This document shows positions 7,986 to 18,308 of a stretch of 25,685 nucleotides of DNA, one piece after another. The stretch lies in the NCBI GenBank assembly GCA_022616085.1, contig JAKEFN010000085.1:1-25685 (forward strand), given 5' to 3'. Origin of the DNA: a bacterium. Its GTDB lineage: Bacteria > Patescibacteriota > Minisyncoccia > Phycocordibacterales > JAKEFN01. The notes beneath the pieces were generated by a model that worked only from the letters and a program-made list of their open reading frames with translations, was not told the origin of the DNA and searched no databases. Made by a program: the position numbers and the translations under genes. Positions within the stretch are counted from its first letter, which is position 1, and each line of letters opens with the position of its first letter.

Positions 7986-8014
7986 TTGCCCAGATAGTGT
8001 CCCGCGTATACAAT
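7986..8014 (+). promoter_or_regulatory. Strong sigma70-type promoter TTGCCC-17-TACAAT for tRNA-Leu
   Basis: TTGCCC at 7986-7991, exact 17-nt spacer, TACAAT at 8009-8014. The tRNA 5' end at 8024 lies just after the predicted TSS. Confidence 0.65.
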
Positions 8015-8023
8015 GTATTTCAA

Positions 8024-8107
8024 GCCGCGGTGGCGAAATTGGTAGACGCGCTGCGTTCAGGTCGCAGTGGGGGCAACCCCTTGGGAGTTCGACTCTCCCC
8101 CGCGGCA
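8024..8107 (+). tRNA. tRNA-Leu (anticodon CAG), class II tRNA with long variable arm, CCA not encoded
   Basis: Acceptor stem GCCGCGG/CCGCGGC, D arm GCG-AAATTGGTAGA-CGC, anticodon stem CTGCG/CGCAG with loop TTCAGGT, long variable arm TGGGGGCAACCCCTT, T arm GGGAG-TTCGACT-CTCCC, discriminator A. Confidence 0.9.
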
Positions 8108-8377
8108 TTTAATGGATTTAACAACAATATTATGGAAAGCAGAGAACATATTGATGAAACATTTTCTGAAAAACAAATCGGGATGCGGGAACAATATCTT
8201 CACGATTTTTTTGATTTTCGAAATAATTATCTCGACGATCTTCCGCCGAATCGCCTGATTCCAGGGGATGAAAATTATAATAAATATAAATGCCGGGGAA
8301 ATTTTTTTGTTGGAGTCATGGCCCGTATTGAGAGACTTATCGGGAACGGTGACATAACAGATCCAGAACTCAATTGC

Positions 8378-9394
<1,017 letters not shown>

Positions 9395-9437
9395 TCAGGC
9401 ATATATAAAAAGTAAAAAGGCCCATTTTGAGCTATTG

Positions 9438-11573
9438 CTATTCAGACATAAGTTCAACATGGAATTGACTCCCCTTGCCCTTTCCTCCAGACTCCGCCCA
9501 TACGCGGCCGTGGTGCTTCTCCATGATTTTTTTGACGATATAAAGGCCGAGGCCGGAGCCGTCCGCTATAACCTTTCCCGCATCCTCCCCGCGGGTAAAT
9601 TTGTCAAAAAGACGTCCTTTGATTTCATCCGATATGCCGATTCCCGTATCCGAAACGGTAATCAGGATAACATGCCTCGCATCGTCCCGAGAAAGCTTCA
9701 CGCGCACCTCTCCGCGCGCCGTATATTTAATCGCATTATCGATGAGATTTCCCAATATCTGCCGCATCTTTCCCTTATCCGCAGTGGCAAAATAAGCGTC
9801 CTTTCCGTCGTTTTCATATATAAGCTCAAGGCCTTTTTTGCGGGCAAGCTCGCGCATTTCATCTGCGACACTTGCCGCAAGCTCGTCGATGTTTATGCTT
9901 TCGAATTCATATATCATCTTATCGTTCTCGATTCTTGAAATATCGAGAAATTCCTCAACGATTCTGACAAGCCGATTGCAAGACTCAAACACTTTTGAAA
10001 CAGTTTCTGTTTGAATATCGGTGAGCGCGCCATACGAACCTTCAAGAAGCATGGATGAATAGCCTTTGATGGCGGACAAGGGCGTCCGAAGTTGGTGGGA
10101 CGCGAGTGAGACAAATTCCGACTTCCGCTCATCGAGTTCCTCCAGATGCTCATTCGCCTCCTCAAGCTCTTTTGTTCTTTCTTTGATTTTGACTTCAAGG
10201 CCCTGGCTGTATTCATAGAGCTCTTCCCGCGATTTTTTCAGATCCGAGCTCATTTGATCGAAAGATGCCACAAGTTGGCCGATTTCATTTTTGCTCTTTA
10301 TATTCAGCTTATAGTCCAAATTGCCGCGGCCGATTTCTCTCGCCCCTTGCGTGAGTTCCTGGATCGGACGGGTGATGCGCGTGACAAGGAAAACGCTTAC
10401 GATCGAGGCAAAAAGTATGATAAGAACGCTCGCAGGAAGAATCCGAAATACAATGGCGTTCTCCGCGGTGCCGCTTATTTCAGCATCAAGCGCGCGTATT
10501 GCCTTAAGCATTGTTGATTCCTCTACCACGACAGCGAGACTGAATTCTGTCTGGCGAAGCGGCGCGTATGCGATAAAAAGCGCCTGCGTCCCGTTGTGAA
10601 TTGATCCAAATCCTTCGAGACCGTCCATCATGTTTTGGAGAATATCAAGGAATCCCTCCGGCAAGGCATTGTCAGCCAAATGAGTGAGCGCAACGCCTTC
10701 TCCCCGCGAAAGACCCAAAAAATCCGCATACGCCTGTTCCGGAAAAGCGATAGCATTGCCTTCTTTGTCTATAAGGAATGCATACGATCCTTCTATGGGA
10801 CTATAGGCGCTGATGCTTTCGATAATATTCGCAAGAAGAACGTCTGTTCCGACTATCCCCTGGAACCCGTCCTCGGTATAGACGGGAGCAGTCGCGGTAA
10901 TCATGAGTCCGCGTCCCGCCACATCATCGTATAAGGGAGACCATATGACATTTTTTTCTGGATTTTCATCCGGCGTTGCGGGTTTGTAGTAAATATCTTC
11001 TCTCGGGTCATAATCAGGAGGAGCGAGCCTTCCCAATACGATGTTCGGAAAGTATCGCGTAACACCGTGCGTATCAATGGCGTAGAACGCGGCGATGTCG
11101 GGGTTCTGTTCCAGAATGCCCGGTGCGATAAAATCAAGATTTGCAGTGAGCTCGATATTTTTTTTCTCGCGGCTATCAAGCGATACGAATGAAGGTATGT
11201 GGAAGGTCGATATATCGGTTTCGCTGTTCACATAGAGGTCGTTCTCTTTACGCACCCGTTTATCGAACTGCCAATAGCCGCTCCTGTCAAAAAAAGAAGG
11301 ATTGCCGTATATTTCTTCAACGTATGACGCCAGGTGTATCGTTTCGTTTTCGATATGTTCAAAGAGAAGATCCTGGCGCTCCGCCGCAGCAACGCTGATC
11401 TGGATCAAAAGCTCTTCCCCTTGGTCCAAAAGAACGGCTCCGGTTACGTTTGCCGCATCCTCGCCAGCGGTTTTTGTCGAAGAGGCGCTGATTGCCGTTG
11501 TGGCCACGATGGTTATAATCGTAAGACCAAGCGCAAAAAAAAGTATTTCTTTTTTCAAGCTTTGAAAAAACAT
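9438..11573 (-). CDS. Sensor histidine kinase with periplasmic double-Cache (dCache_1) domain, HAMP, HisKA and HATPase_c domains. Orphan (no response regulator adjacent)
   Basis: N-terminal TM helix. Periplasmic region carries the Cache hallmark DYDPREDIYYKPA. A second TM helix is followed by HAMP, the H-box LASHQLRTPLSAIKGY, the N-box NLIDNAIKYT and G-boxes DTGIGI/GSGLGL. The start is taken as the ATG at 11573 (MFFQSLKK...); an upstream in-frame start at 11648 is possible. Confidence 0.85.
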   Translation of the reverse strand: MFFQSLKKEILFFALGLTIITIVATTAISASSTKTAGEDAANVTGAVLLDQGEELLIQISVAAAERQDLLFEHIENETIHLASYVEEIYGNPSFFDRSGYWQFDKRVRKENDLYVNSETDISTFHIPSFVSLDSREKKNIELTANLDFIAPGILEQNPDIAAFYAIDTHGVTRYFPNIVLGRLAPPDYDPREDIYYKPATPDENPEKNVIWSPLYDDVAGRGLMITATAPVYTEDGFQGIVGTDVLLANIIESISAYSPIEGSYAFLIDKEGNAIAFPEQAYADFLGLSRGEGVALTHLADNALPEGFLDILQNMMDGLEGFGSIHNGTQALFIAYAPLRQTEFSLAVVVEESTMLKAIRALDAEISGTAENAIVFRILPASVLIILFASIVSVFLVTRITRPIQELTQGAREIGRGNLDYKLNIKSKNEIGQLVASFDQMSSDLKKSREELYEYSQGLEVKIKERTKELEEANEHLEELDERKSEFVSLASHQLRTPLSAIKGYSSMLLEGSYGALTDIQTETVSKVFESCNRLVRIVEEFLDISRIENDKMIYEFESINIDELAASVADEMRELARKKGLELIYENDGKDAYFATADKGKMRQILGNLIDNAIKYTARGEVRVKLSRDDARHVILITVSDTGIGISDEIKGRLFDKFTRGEDAGKVIADGSGLGLYIVKKIMEKHHGRVWAESGGKGKGSQFHVELMSE

Positions 11574-11713
11574 GTCGTGCTTCAATATAGTGTAGCAATT
11601 TCTTGTGCGACCAACAAACGAAGGTGATATAATATCTACCCTGCGCAAACCCTCTATCCGATTGTAATGTACATAGTATTTGACTTTTTATATATTATAA
11701 TGTAAAAAAAGAC

Positions 11714-13009
11714 ATGCCTGAAAAAAAAGACTTTTTCAATAGAAACAAAGAAACGATACCCCCGGAAGATCTCGAGACGCTTCAACTTAAAAAACTCCGA
11801 AAAGCCGTTCTGTATGCGGCCGATCGGTCGCGATTTTATCGACGCACAAAAAAACTCCGAAAAGAAGACGCGCGGTTCCGCACCATCGATGATTTTGCGA
11901 AAAATATCCCTTTTACGACAAAAGACGATCTCCTTAATGGCGGCATCCGCGAAAATCTCTGCGTCCCCGAAAACCGCGTAGCGGAAGTTCATTTCTCATC
12001 GGGCACGAACGCAAAACCTGTTTTTACCTTTCTTACAAAAAAAGACATCGATGAAGGAAACGCGTATCTTGCGCGAACATGGCATATGCAGGGTATACGC
12101 CGAGGAGAGACGTTCGCCATGTTCGCGTCTTACGGGCTTTTTTCGGCGGGTTTTATCAACCATTATGCCATTCAGAAAATCGGCTCTTTTATCATCCCTG
12201 CGGGGAACGTGTCCTCTGCGAAAGCGCTTGAACTTATCCGTGAATTCAAACCGAGTTCGTCCGCCGCAGTAGCGAGTTATTATTTATACCTTATCGCTGA
12301 ATGGGAATCCGCCGGCCTTGATTTCAAAAAAACGGAACTTCGGCATATCATTGCAGGAGGAGAACCATTCACCGAAAAACAAAGGCGCTTCATCGAAAAA
12401 AAGCTCGGCGGACGCGTCTATGATCAATACGGCCTCTGTGAAATAAATACAGGTCTCGCGGGAGAATGTTCCGAGAAAAACGGGCTTCATATCCTCGCCG
12501 ATTATGTCTATCCCGAAATAATCAATCCGCGCACGGGAGCGGTGCTTGGTGACGATATGGAAGGCGAGCTCGTCTTAACCACGTTCCACAAAGAAGCATC
12601 CCCTCTCATCAGATACCGCACCGGAGATATAACCCGCATCACGCGCAAAATGTGCCCCTGTGGCAGAACAATGCCTCGAATCGCGCGGATACGTCGCCGG
12701 ACGATGGAAACCCTTTTTTTTAAAGGCATGAAAATAGAAAAAAAACAGGTAGAGGACGCGCTCTTTGAACTTCGCGGGGAGGTGAATCCCCACCTCTGGC
12801 GGATGGAGATACAGTCGATCTCCGGCAGGGACCGGATTGTATGCAAAATTGTCCCCTCCAAAGGGAACGCGAAAACGCTTTCGCGCGCGGCGGAATGTCT
12901 GAAAAAAAAGCTTGGGCTCAATGTAAAAAGCATACTTCTCACCAAAGGGGAGATCGCGCGTCTTAAAGATTCGAAGCTCAAACATTTCGGGGATAACAAG
13001 AAAAAATAA
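11714..13009 (+). CDS. Phenylacetate-CoA ligase (PaaK)/coenzyme F390 synthetase-family adenylate-forming enzyme
   Basis: PaaK-family motifs: SSGTNAKP (divergent P-loop), YGLCEINTGLAGEC (matches PaaK YGxSE..GPG.A.EC), RYRTGDITRI near the C-terminus, about 430 aa. Confidence 0.75.
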   Translation: MPEKKDFFNRNKETIPPEDLETLQLKKLRKAVLYAADRSRFYRRTKKLRKEDARFRTIDDFAKNIPFTTKDDLLNGGIRENLCVPENRVAEVHFSSGTNAKPVFTFLTKKDIDEGNAYLARTWHMQGIRRGETFAMFASYGLFSAGFINHYAIQKIGSFIIPAGNVSSAKALELIREFKPSSSAAVASYYLYLIAEWESAGLDFKKTELRHIIAGGEPFTEKQRRFIEKKLGGRVYDQYGLCEINTGLAGECSEKNGLHILADYVYPEIINPRTGAVLGDDMEGELVLTTFHKEASPLIRYRTGDITRITRKMCPCGRTMPRIARIRRRTMETLFFKGMKIEKKQVEDALFELRGEVNPHLWRMEIQSISGRDRIVCKIVPSKGNAKTLSRAAECLKKKLGLNVKSILLTKGEIARLKDSKLKHFGDNKKK

Positions 13010-13017
13010 AAAAATCC

Positions 13018-14361
13018 ATGATTCTTCAAACAATAATAAACGGCCGGAGATACGCCGGCTCCATACGAAAAAAAATCGTCCATCCTTATAATGGAAAAAC
13101 TCCGCGTTCGTTTATGTATGCGCGAGGCCTCGCTATCGACCCGTTTGAAGCGCCGAAAGACATTGACGCATTAAGGTTGGAGCTTGCACAAGCGGTGAAA
13201 AAAATCATTTACTATCTTAAAAAAGAACAGAAACAAATCCTTGAGGATGTTTCGAACGAAACGGGAAGCCCGATTGCATACCATAAAGAAGATATGGATG
13301 CCTCGATTTCATTCCTCGAGAATTTACAGGCCTTGAAAAAGCTTTTTCCGAAAGGATATCTTTCGGAACCGAAAGGAAATATACTCCTTATCTTTTCGGC
13401 AAATGAGCCCATCATTACAACGGCAATACTCGTTTTTTCTTCACTTTTTATGGGCAACTCCGTATTCGTGAAGCCGTCGAGCAAATCGCCCACATTCGGA
13501 TATATTTTTGTTTCGGAACTCTCAAAAATTCCCGCTCTCAAAAAAAGAATCCACTACCTTCTCATACACGAAGAAGAAGCGGAGCGGCTCATTCGCGCGC
13601 GCTCGTTTGACTTCGTGCTCTCGTTTGGAAGCCGAGGGACGAACAAAAAATTAAGCGCATTATGCGCCGAAGCGGAAATCGAATTTCTGCCCGAAAGCGA
13701 AGGAAATGACTGGGCTTATGTCGATAGAAGCGCCGGAGATATTAAAAAAATCAGCGCGTGCTTGGAGGAATCCTTTACGCGGCATAACGGACAAATGTGC
13801 AATGCGGTGCGCGGCGTTCTTGTCCATGCATCAATCTACGATGCGCTCAAGAGAGAACTCAAACAGGGCGTTGCAAAAATCCCCTGCGGCAATCCCGCTT
13901 ACGGAAATGCCAAAATCGGCGCCCTTCTCCCCGGAACCGCTCCGCGCGCGGCGCAGATTGTGAAAGAATCCGAACCGCACGCCGAATCAGTCTGGAATTT
14001 TTCCGCGGACGGCAACACAATTTCGCCGACGCTTATATTGAAGCCCACGGAAAAAGCGGCAATCGTGCGGGAGAGCATCTTCGCGCCGGTTCTTTGGATA
14101 AAAAAAGTGAAGAATCATGCCGAGGCGATTAATTTTTATGCACAGCACAACAAACACGGCCTCGGCTTTTCCGTCTTTTCAAAAGATAAAAAAGTTATAG
14201 ACGACTGCACCCGGCGCATCAAGGCGGGGAGGATAAACATCAACAGGCATCCTCTTCACATCGGCCTTTTTGACCCGCTCGGCGGCGTCGGGCTAAGTGG
14301 CCGGGGAGGACCGAGCCGCTTTGTGGAAAAAGTTTCAAATAGAAAATATATAAATCTCTAA
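13018..14361 (+). CDS. Aldehyde dehydrogenase-superfamily protein, possibly acyl-CoA/acyl-adenylate reductase (LuxC-like)
   Basis: Catalytic-Cys motif GQMCNAVRG (ALDH GQxCxAxxR pattern). ESEGND aligns with the ELGGKS general-base motif. 447 aa, shorter than classical ALDH and closer to LuxC-type reductases. The start codon is 8 nt after the PaaK-like stop, which suggests translational coupling. Confidence 0.6.
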   Translation: MILQTIINGRRYAGSIRKKIVHPYNGKTPRSFMYARGLAIDPFEAPKDIDALRLELAQAVKKIIYYLKKEQKQILEDVSNETGSPIAYHKEDMDASISFLENLQALKKLFPKGYLSEPKGNILLIFSANEPIITTAILVFSSLFMGNSVFVKPSSKSPTFGYIFVSELSKIPALKKRIHYLLIHEEEAERLIRARSFDFVLSFGSRGTNKKLSALCAEAEIEFLPESEGNDWAYVDRSAGDIKKISACLEESFTRHNGQMCNAVRGVLVHASIYDALKRELKQGVAKIPCGNPAYGNAKIGALLPGTAPRAAQIVKESEPHAESVWNFSADGNTISPTLILKPTEKAAIVRESIFAPVLWIKKVKNHAEAINFYAQHNKHGLGFSVFSKDKKVIDDCTRRIKAGRININRHPLHIGLFDPLGGVGLSGRGGPSRFVEKVSNRKYINL

Positions 14362-15449
14362 ATCCCCTCTTTTTTGAGCTCGTGCACAAGCTCCGCCGCT
14401 TTTTTGGAGAGCTTGTTCGGGGTTTTGATATTCAGTTTGATAAGAAGGTCGCCCCTCCCTTTTCGGGGAATCGCAATTCCCCTCCCTTTTATGCGAAGAA
14501 CTTCTCCGAAATGCGCGCCTGCCGGAATTTTGAGCTCAATACCCCCATCAAGCGTCTCAATGGGATACACAGCTCCCAGAAGCGCGTCCGAAAGTTTGAC
14601 GTCCACATTCATAACGAGATTCTCTCCCTCGCGCTTGAATGCCGGATGCGGCTTCACATGCACCTTGATATAAAGATCCCCTGTGATGCCGCCCGGTATT
14701 GCTTCCCCGCCGCCGGTCATTTTTATCATCTCGCCGTTTTCTATGCCCGGCGGGATTTCTATCGCGACCTCATCGGCTTTCTTAACGATACCGACGCCTT
14801 TGCATTCTTTGCAGAGTATTTCGGGAACCTTGCCGGTTCCATGGCATGTCTCGCATTCGCGAACGGTTGTAATCGAGCCGAGAATTGATCGCCTCATCTC
14901 TTGATGCTTGCCGCGCCCGTTGCAGGTAGCGCAGTTTTTTTCGGAACTCCCTTTTTCCGCGCCGGAACCGCTGCATGCCGCACAGGTCGTATTTTTTGAA
15001 AGCACCATTTTTCTTCCGGTGCCGAATACCGATTCTGCGAAAGTGATTTCCGCATCAATCGCAATATCGCGCCCGCGCTTCGTCCGCGTTCCGCCGCCGC
15101 CTCCAAAAAATTCCCCAAAAATATCTCCGATATCAAAATCTTCAAATCCCTGCTGGAATCCTCCCGCACCGCCAAAGCTGCCGAAATCGAAATCAAATCC
15201 TTGCCCGCCGCCGAAGCCGCCGCCGGCTTGCCGCGCGCCGCTGAAATACTGCCCGTAAGTATCATATTCCGCGCGTTTCCGATCGTCTCCCAAGACCCCA
15301 TACGCCTCATTGATTTCCTTGAATCGGTCCTCATCGCCGCCTGATTTGTCGGGGTGATACTGGTGCGCGAGCTTTCGATACGCTTTTTTGATGTCGTCTT
15401 TCGTCGCGCTCTTCCCAACCCCTAAAATTTTATAATAGTCTTTTGACAT
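14358..15449 (-). CDS. dnaJ: Molecular chaperone DnaJ
   Basis: J domain with HPD, Gly/Phe-rich region, four CxxCxGxG zinc-finger repeats, C-terminal substrate-binding domains. Confidence 0.93.
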   Translation of the reverse strand: MSKDYYKILGVGKSATKDDIKKAYRKLAHQYHPDKSGGDEDRFKEINEAYGVLGDDRKRAEYDTYGQYFSGARQAGGGFGGGQGFDFDFGSFGGAGGFQQGFEDFDIGDIFGEFFGGGGGTRTKRGRDIAIDAEITFAESVFGTGRKMVLSKNTTCAACSGSGAEKGSSEKNCATCNGRGKHQEMRRSILGSITTVRECETCHGTGKVPEILCKECKGVGIVKKADEVAIEIPPGIENGEMIKMTGGGEAIPGGITGDLYIKVHVKPHPAFKREGENLVMNVDVKLSDALLGAVYPIETLDGGIELKIPAGAHFGEVLRIKGRGIAIPRKGRGDLLIKLNIKTPNKLSKKAAELVHELKKEGI

Positions 15450-15505
15450 GGTGTATGTTAGTTTGGGTGTTTAATTACTGTATATCACAAAACGGATAAA
15501 CTAAC

Positions 15506-15533
15506 AATGATAGAAATAATACACCATCAAACT
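15506..15533 (-). promoter_or_regulatory. Possible internal promoter for dnaJ in the 154-bp dnaK-dnaJ spacer (TTGAAT-16-TATTAT, minus strand)
   Basis: Minus-strand TTGAAT (plus 15528-15533) and TATTAT (plus 15506-15511). A weak hairpin, CGCGGGCCTCGCG at 15552-15564, follows the dnaK stop and may be a leaky terminator. Confidence 0.3.
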
Positions 15534-15603
15534 CAAAATTCAAATGTCAAAACTCAAATTTCGCGGGCCTCGCGCAAAAGAGTATGGGGGCATCAAATAT
15601 ACA

Positions 15604-17505
15604 TCACTTCTTCTCATCGCCATCCTCCTTCTTCTCTTCAAACTCCGCATCCCGCACGTTTTCGGCCCCCGCTTTCTCGGGCTCGCTCTTTGGGGGATTC
15701 GCCTGATTTTCGGCCATCGCCTTTCCCATTTTTTGCATCTCAAGAGAAAGCGCTTCGGTTTCGCTCTTCAATACCGCCACGTCCGTTGCGGCATCTTTTA
15801 TTTTTTTGAGTGCGTCTATTTTCTCCTGCACTCCTTTCTTGACATCTTCGGGGAGCTTCTCCGCGAGTTCGCGCATGGATTTTTCCGCCGTATAGATAAG
15901 CTGTTCCGCGAGATTTTTTGCTTCAATAAGCTCTTTCTTTTTACTGTCCGCGTCCGCATTCTCTTCCGCCTCGCGCTTCATGCGCTCAATGTCGGCATCC
16001 GAGAGCCCGGAGCTCGCCTGAATTTTTATTGATTGCTCCTTGCCGGTCGCCTTGTCTTTTGCCTTAACCGAAAGAATCCCGTTCGCATCAATGTCAAAAG
16101 AAACTTCAACTTGCGGCATGCCGCGCGGCGCAGGAGGTATGCCGTCAAGCACGAACCGCCCCAAGCTCTTGTTATCGGAGGACATCGGCCGCTCGCCCTG
16201 CACCACGTGAATCTCTACTTGCGTCTGGTTGTCGGAGGCGGTAGAAAAAATCTGCGAACGCGACGCTGGAATGGTCGTATTTTTTTCAATTAGTTTCGTC
16301 GCCACGCCGCCCATAGTCTCAATCCCGAAAGAAAGCGGGATGACATCAAGAAGAAGCACGTCTTTCACATCGCCCTGCATGATGCCCGCCTGAATCGCGG
16401 CGCCAACCGCAACCACTTCATCGGGATTGATTGACTTGTTCGGTTCCTTGCCGAAAAGCGCGCGCACAGCGTCCACAATCGCGGGCATCCGCGTCTGGCC
16501 TCCCACAAGGATGACCTCGTCAATATCTTTCATGTCAAAACTGGATTCTTTGACGGCGCGTTTCGTTATCTCAATGGAACGGTCAATATATGGACGCGCG
16601 ATCTCTTCAAGTTTTGCGCGCGAAAGCTTGAGGAGGAGGTGCTTCGGGCCCGTCGCGTCTGATGTGATAAAAGGAATGTTTATTTCGGATTCGGATGTTG
16701 TTGAAAGCTCGTGCTTCGCTTTTTCCGCCGCTTCCTTGAGCCGCTGAAGCGCGAGTGCATCCTTGGTCACATCTATGCCGGATTCTTTTTTATATTCGTC
16801 GCCGATCCACTTTATAATGTCGCGATCAATATCCTCGCCCCCCATGTGGCTGTCGCCGTCCGTTGATTTCACCTCGATCACGTCATCGCCGACTTCAAGC
16901 ACGGACACGTCAAAAGTGCCGCCGCCGAAGTCATACACCGCGATCTGTTCGTTCTTTTTTGAATTGAAACCGTATGCGAGCGCCGCCGCGGTCGGTTCGT
17001 TGATGATCCTCTTCACATCGAAGCCCGCGATCTTGCCCGCGTCCTTGGTTGCTTTTCTCTGCGCATCGTTGAAATATGCCGGAACGGTGATGATCGCTTC
17101 AGTGATTTTTTCTCCGAGCTTCGCTTCTGCGTCGGTTTTGAGTTTCTGGAGAATCATGGCGGAAATTTCTTCCGGCCGGTAATCTTTGCCGCCCATGGCA
17201 ACAAGAACGCCGCTATCCCCGCCCTGCGAAATCTTAAACGGGAGCGATCCTTTGTCTTTTTGGACGCCCGGGTCGTCATAGCGGTGCCCGATAAGACGCT
17301 TCACACCGAAAATGGTATTCTCGGGATTCGTTACCGCTTGCCGCTTCGCCGTGAGGCCTACGAGACGCTCTTTGTTTTTTGCAAGTGCGGCAATCGAGGG
17401 AGTCGTTCTATTCCCCTCCGTGTTTTCTATTATTTTCGGCTGGCCGCCTTCAACGATAGCCATTGCCGAGTTTGTGGTTCCGAGGTCAATTCCTAATATT
17501 TTCAT
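15604..17505 (-). CDS. dnaK: Molecular chaperone DnaK (Hsp70)
   Basis: N-terminal IDLGTTNS, the conserved Hsp70 ATPase and substrate-binding signatures throughout, 633 aa. Confidence 0.95.
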   Translation of the reverse strand: MKILGIDLGTTNSAMAIVEGGQPKIIENTEGNRTTPSIAALAKNKERLVGLTAKRQAVTNPENTIFGVKRLIGHRYDDPGVQKDKGSLPFKISQGGDSGVLVAMGGKDYRPEEISAMILQKLKTDAEAKLGEKITEAIITVPAYFNDAQRKATKDAGKIAGFDVKRIINEPTAAALAYGFNSKKNEQIAVYDFGGGTFDVSVLEVGDDVIEVKSTDGDSHMGGEDIDRDIIKWIGDEYKKESGIDVTKDALALQRLKEAAEKAKHELSTTSESEINIPFITSDATGPKHLLLKLSRAKLEEIARPYIDRSIEITKRAVKESSFDMKDIDEVILVGGQTRMPAIVDAVRALFGKEPNKSINPDEVVAVGAAIQAGIMQGDVKDVLLLDVIPLSFGIETMGGVATKLIEKNTTIPASRSQIFSTASDNQTQVEIHVVQGERPMSSDNKSLGRFVLDGIPPAPRGMPQVEVSFDIDANGILSVKAKDKATGKEQSIKIQASSGLSDADIERMKREAEENADADSKKKELIEAKNLAEQLIYTAEKSMRELAEKLPEDVKKGVQEKIDALKKIKDAATDVAVLKSETEALSLEMQKMGKAMAENQANPPKSEPEKAGAENVRDAEFEEKKEDGDEKK

Positions 17506-17553
17506 AGTTTTTAGTTTGTAGTTATTAGTTAGATAATGGAATGATGCGAATAA

Positions 17554-18117
17554 TTATGGCGAGGAAGGTGATTCGGGGGTATGGGAAAATATTTTCACGC
17601 TCGCCGGGCGCACCACTCTCCCGTTTATTCGATATCCTTTCTGCATCGTCTCGCTTATAAGCCCGTCCTTTGCTTGGTCCGCGGTATTTTCAATCATCAT
17701 GGAGTCATGAAGAGTGGGATCAAACGCATCGCCTTTCGCCGGAGAAATCTCTTCCACGCCGTGTTCTCGAAAAATCGCGCGGGTTTTTTCATAAATTCCG
17801 GTCATGCCGCTCCGCCATGATTCCGGCGCAGAGTTCCATGACTCTTTGTCCGAGAAAGCGCGCTCAAATCCGTCGAGAACCTCTGCGATTTGACGGAAAA
17901 TTTTTATGCGCGCGCGTTCCGCCTCGGCGTCGCGCTCCCGTGCCGACTCTCTCTCTAGATTCGCGTAATCCGCCTGCGCTCTCTGCCAGCCGGCAAGATA
18001 CTCGGCGCGCTCGGTCTTGCATTTCTCCAATGCTTCGCCTGTCGCATTTGAAACATTTTCGGAGTCAGAGGATTCCGATGCATTGGCGGCATTTTTTAGT
18101 TCGTCGTCATTTAACAT
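17554..18117 (-). CDS. grpE: Nucleotide exchange factor GrpE
   Basis: GrpE coiled-coil N-terminus and C-terminal beta domain (FDPTLHDSM...GYRINGRVVRPASVKI), 187 aa, immediately upstream of dnaK. Confidence 0.88.
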   Translation of the reverse strand: MLNDDELKNAANASESSDSENVSNATGEALEKCKTERAEYLAGWQRAQADYANLERESARERDAEAERARIKIFRQIAEVLDGFERAFSDKESWNSAPESWRSGMTGIYEKTRAIFREHGVEEISPAKGDAFDPTLHDSMMIENTADQAKDGLISETMQKGYRINGRVVRPASVKIFSHTPESPSSP

Positions 18118-18127
18118 ATACGGAAAT

Positions 18128-18155
18128 ATTATATCCCTAAATCACAAATAGTCAA
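18128..18155 (-). promoter_or_regulatory. Near-consensus promoter TTGACT-16-TATAAT for the grpE-dnaK-dnaJ operon. It predicts an almost leaderless grpE mRNA
   Basis: Minus-strand TTGACT (plus 18150-18155) and TATAAT (plus 18128-18133). The -10 ends only about 10 nt before the grpE ATG at 18117. No CIRCE inverted repeat is seen. Confidence 0.5.
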
Positions 18156-18252
18156 GAGAAATGAGCATTGACAAAAAATTTATACATGCTGTTTTAAAAA
18201 ATGAACCAGCGGAGAATGCCGTGAAAATAGAATTTTATATTGACAGGGCACA

Positions 18253-18277
18253 AACCCGCCTCCTCGGCGGGTTTTTG
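18253..18277. terminator. Bidirectional-type intrinsic terminator hairpin (AACCCGCC-TCCTC-GGCGGGTT) between the GH26 gene and the grpE operon
   Basis: 8-bp GC-rich stem with TTTTTG on the plus side and TTTGTG on the minus side. Lies 30 nt past the stop (18309) of the minus-strand 18309..19793 gene. Confidence 0.6.
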
Positions 18278-18308
18278 CGTCCGTATTTCCTAAAAACCAC
18301 AAACTATT

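Noticed and set aside
11790-11870. Internal 15-nt DNA repeat AAAAACTCCGAAAAG (x2) inside the PaaK-like gene, read as a possible slippage site
   Set aside because: Both copies are in frame and encode a duplicated KKLRK peptide. The reading frame is intact across them, so there is no evidence of programmed frameshifting.
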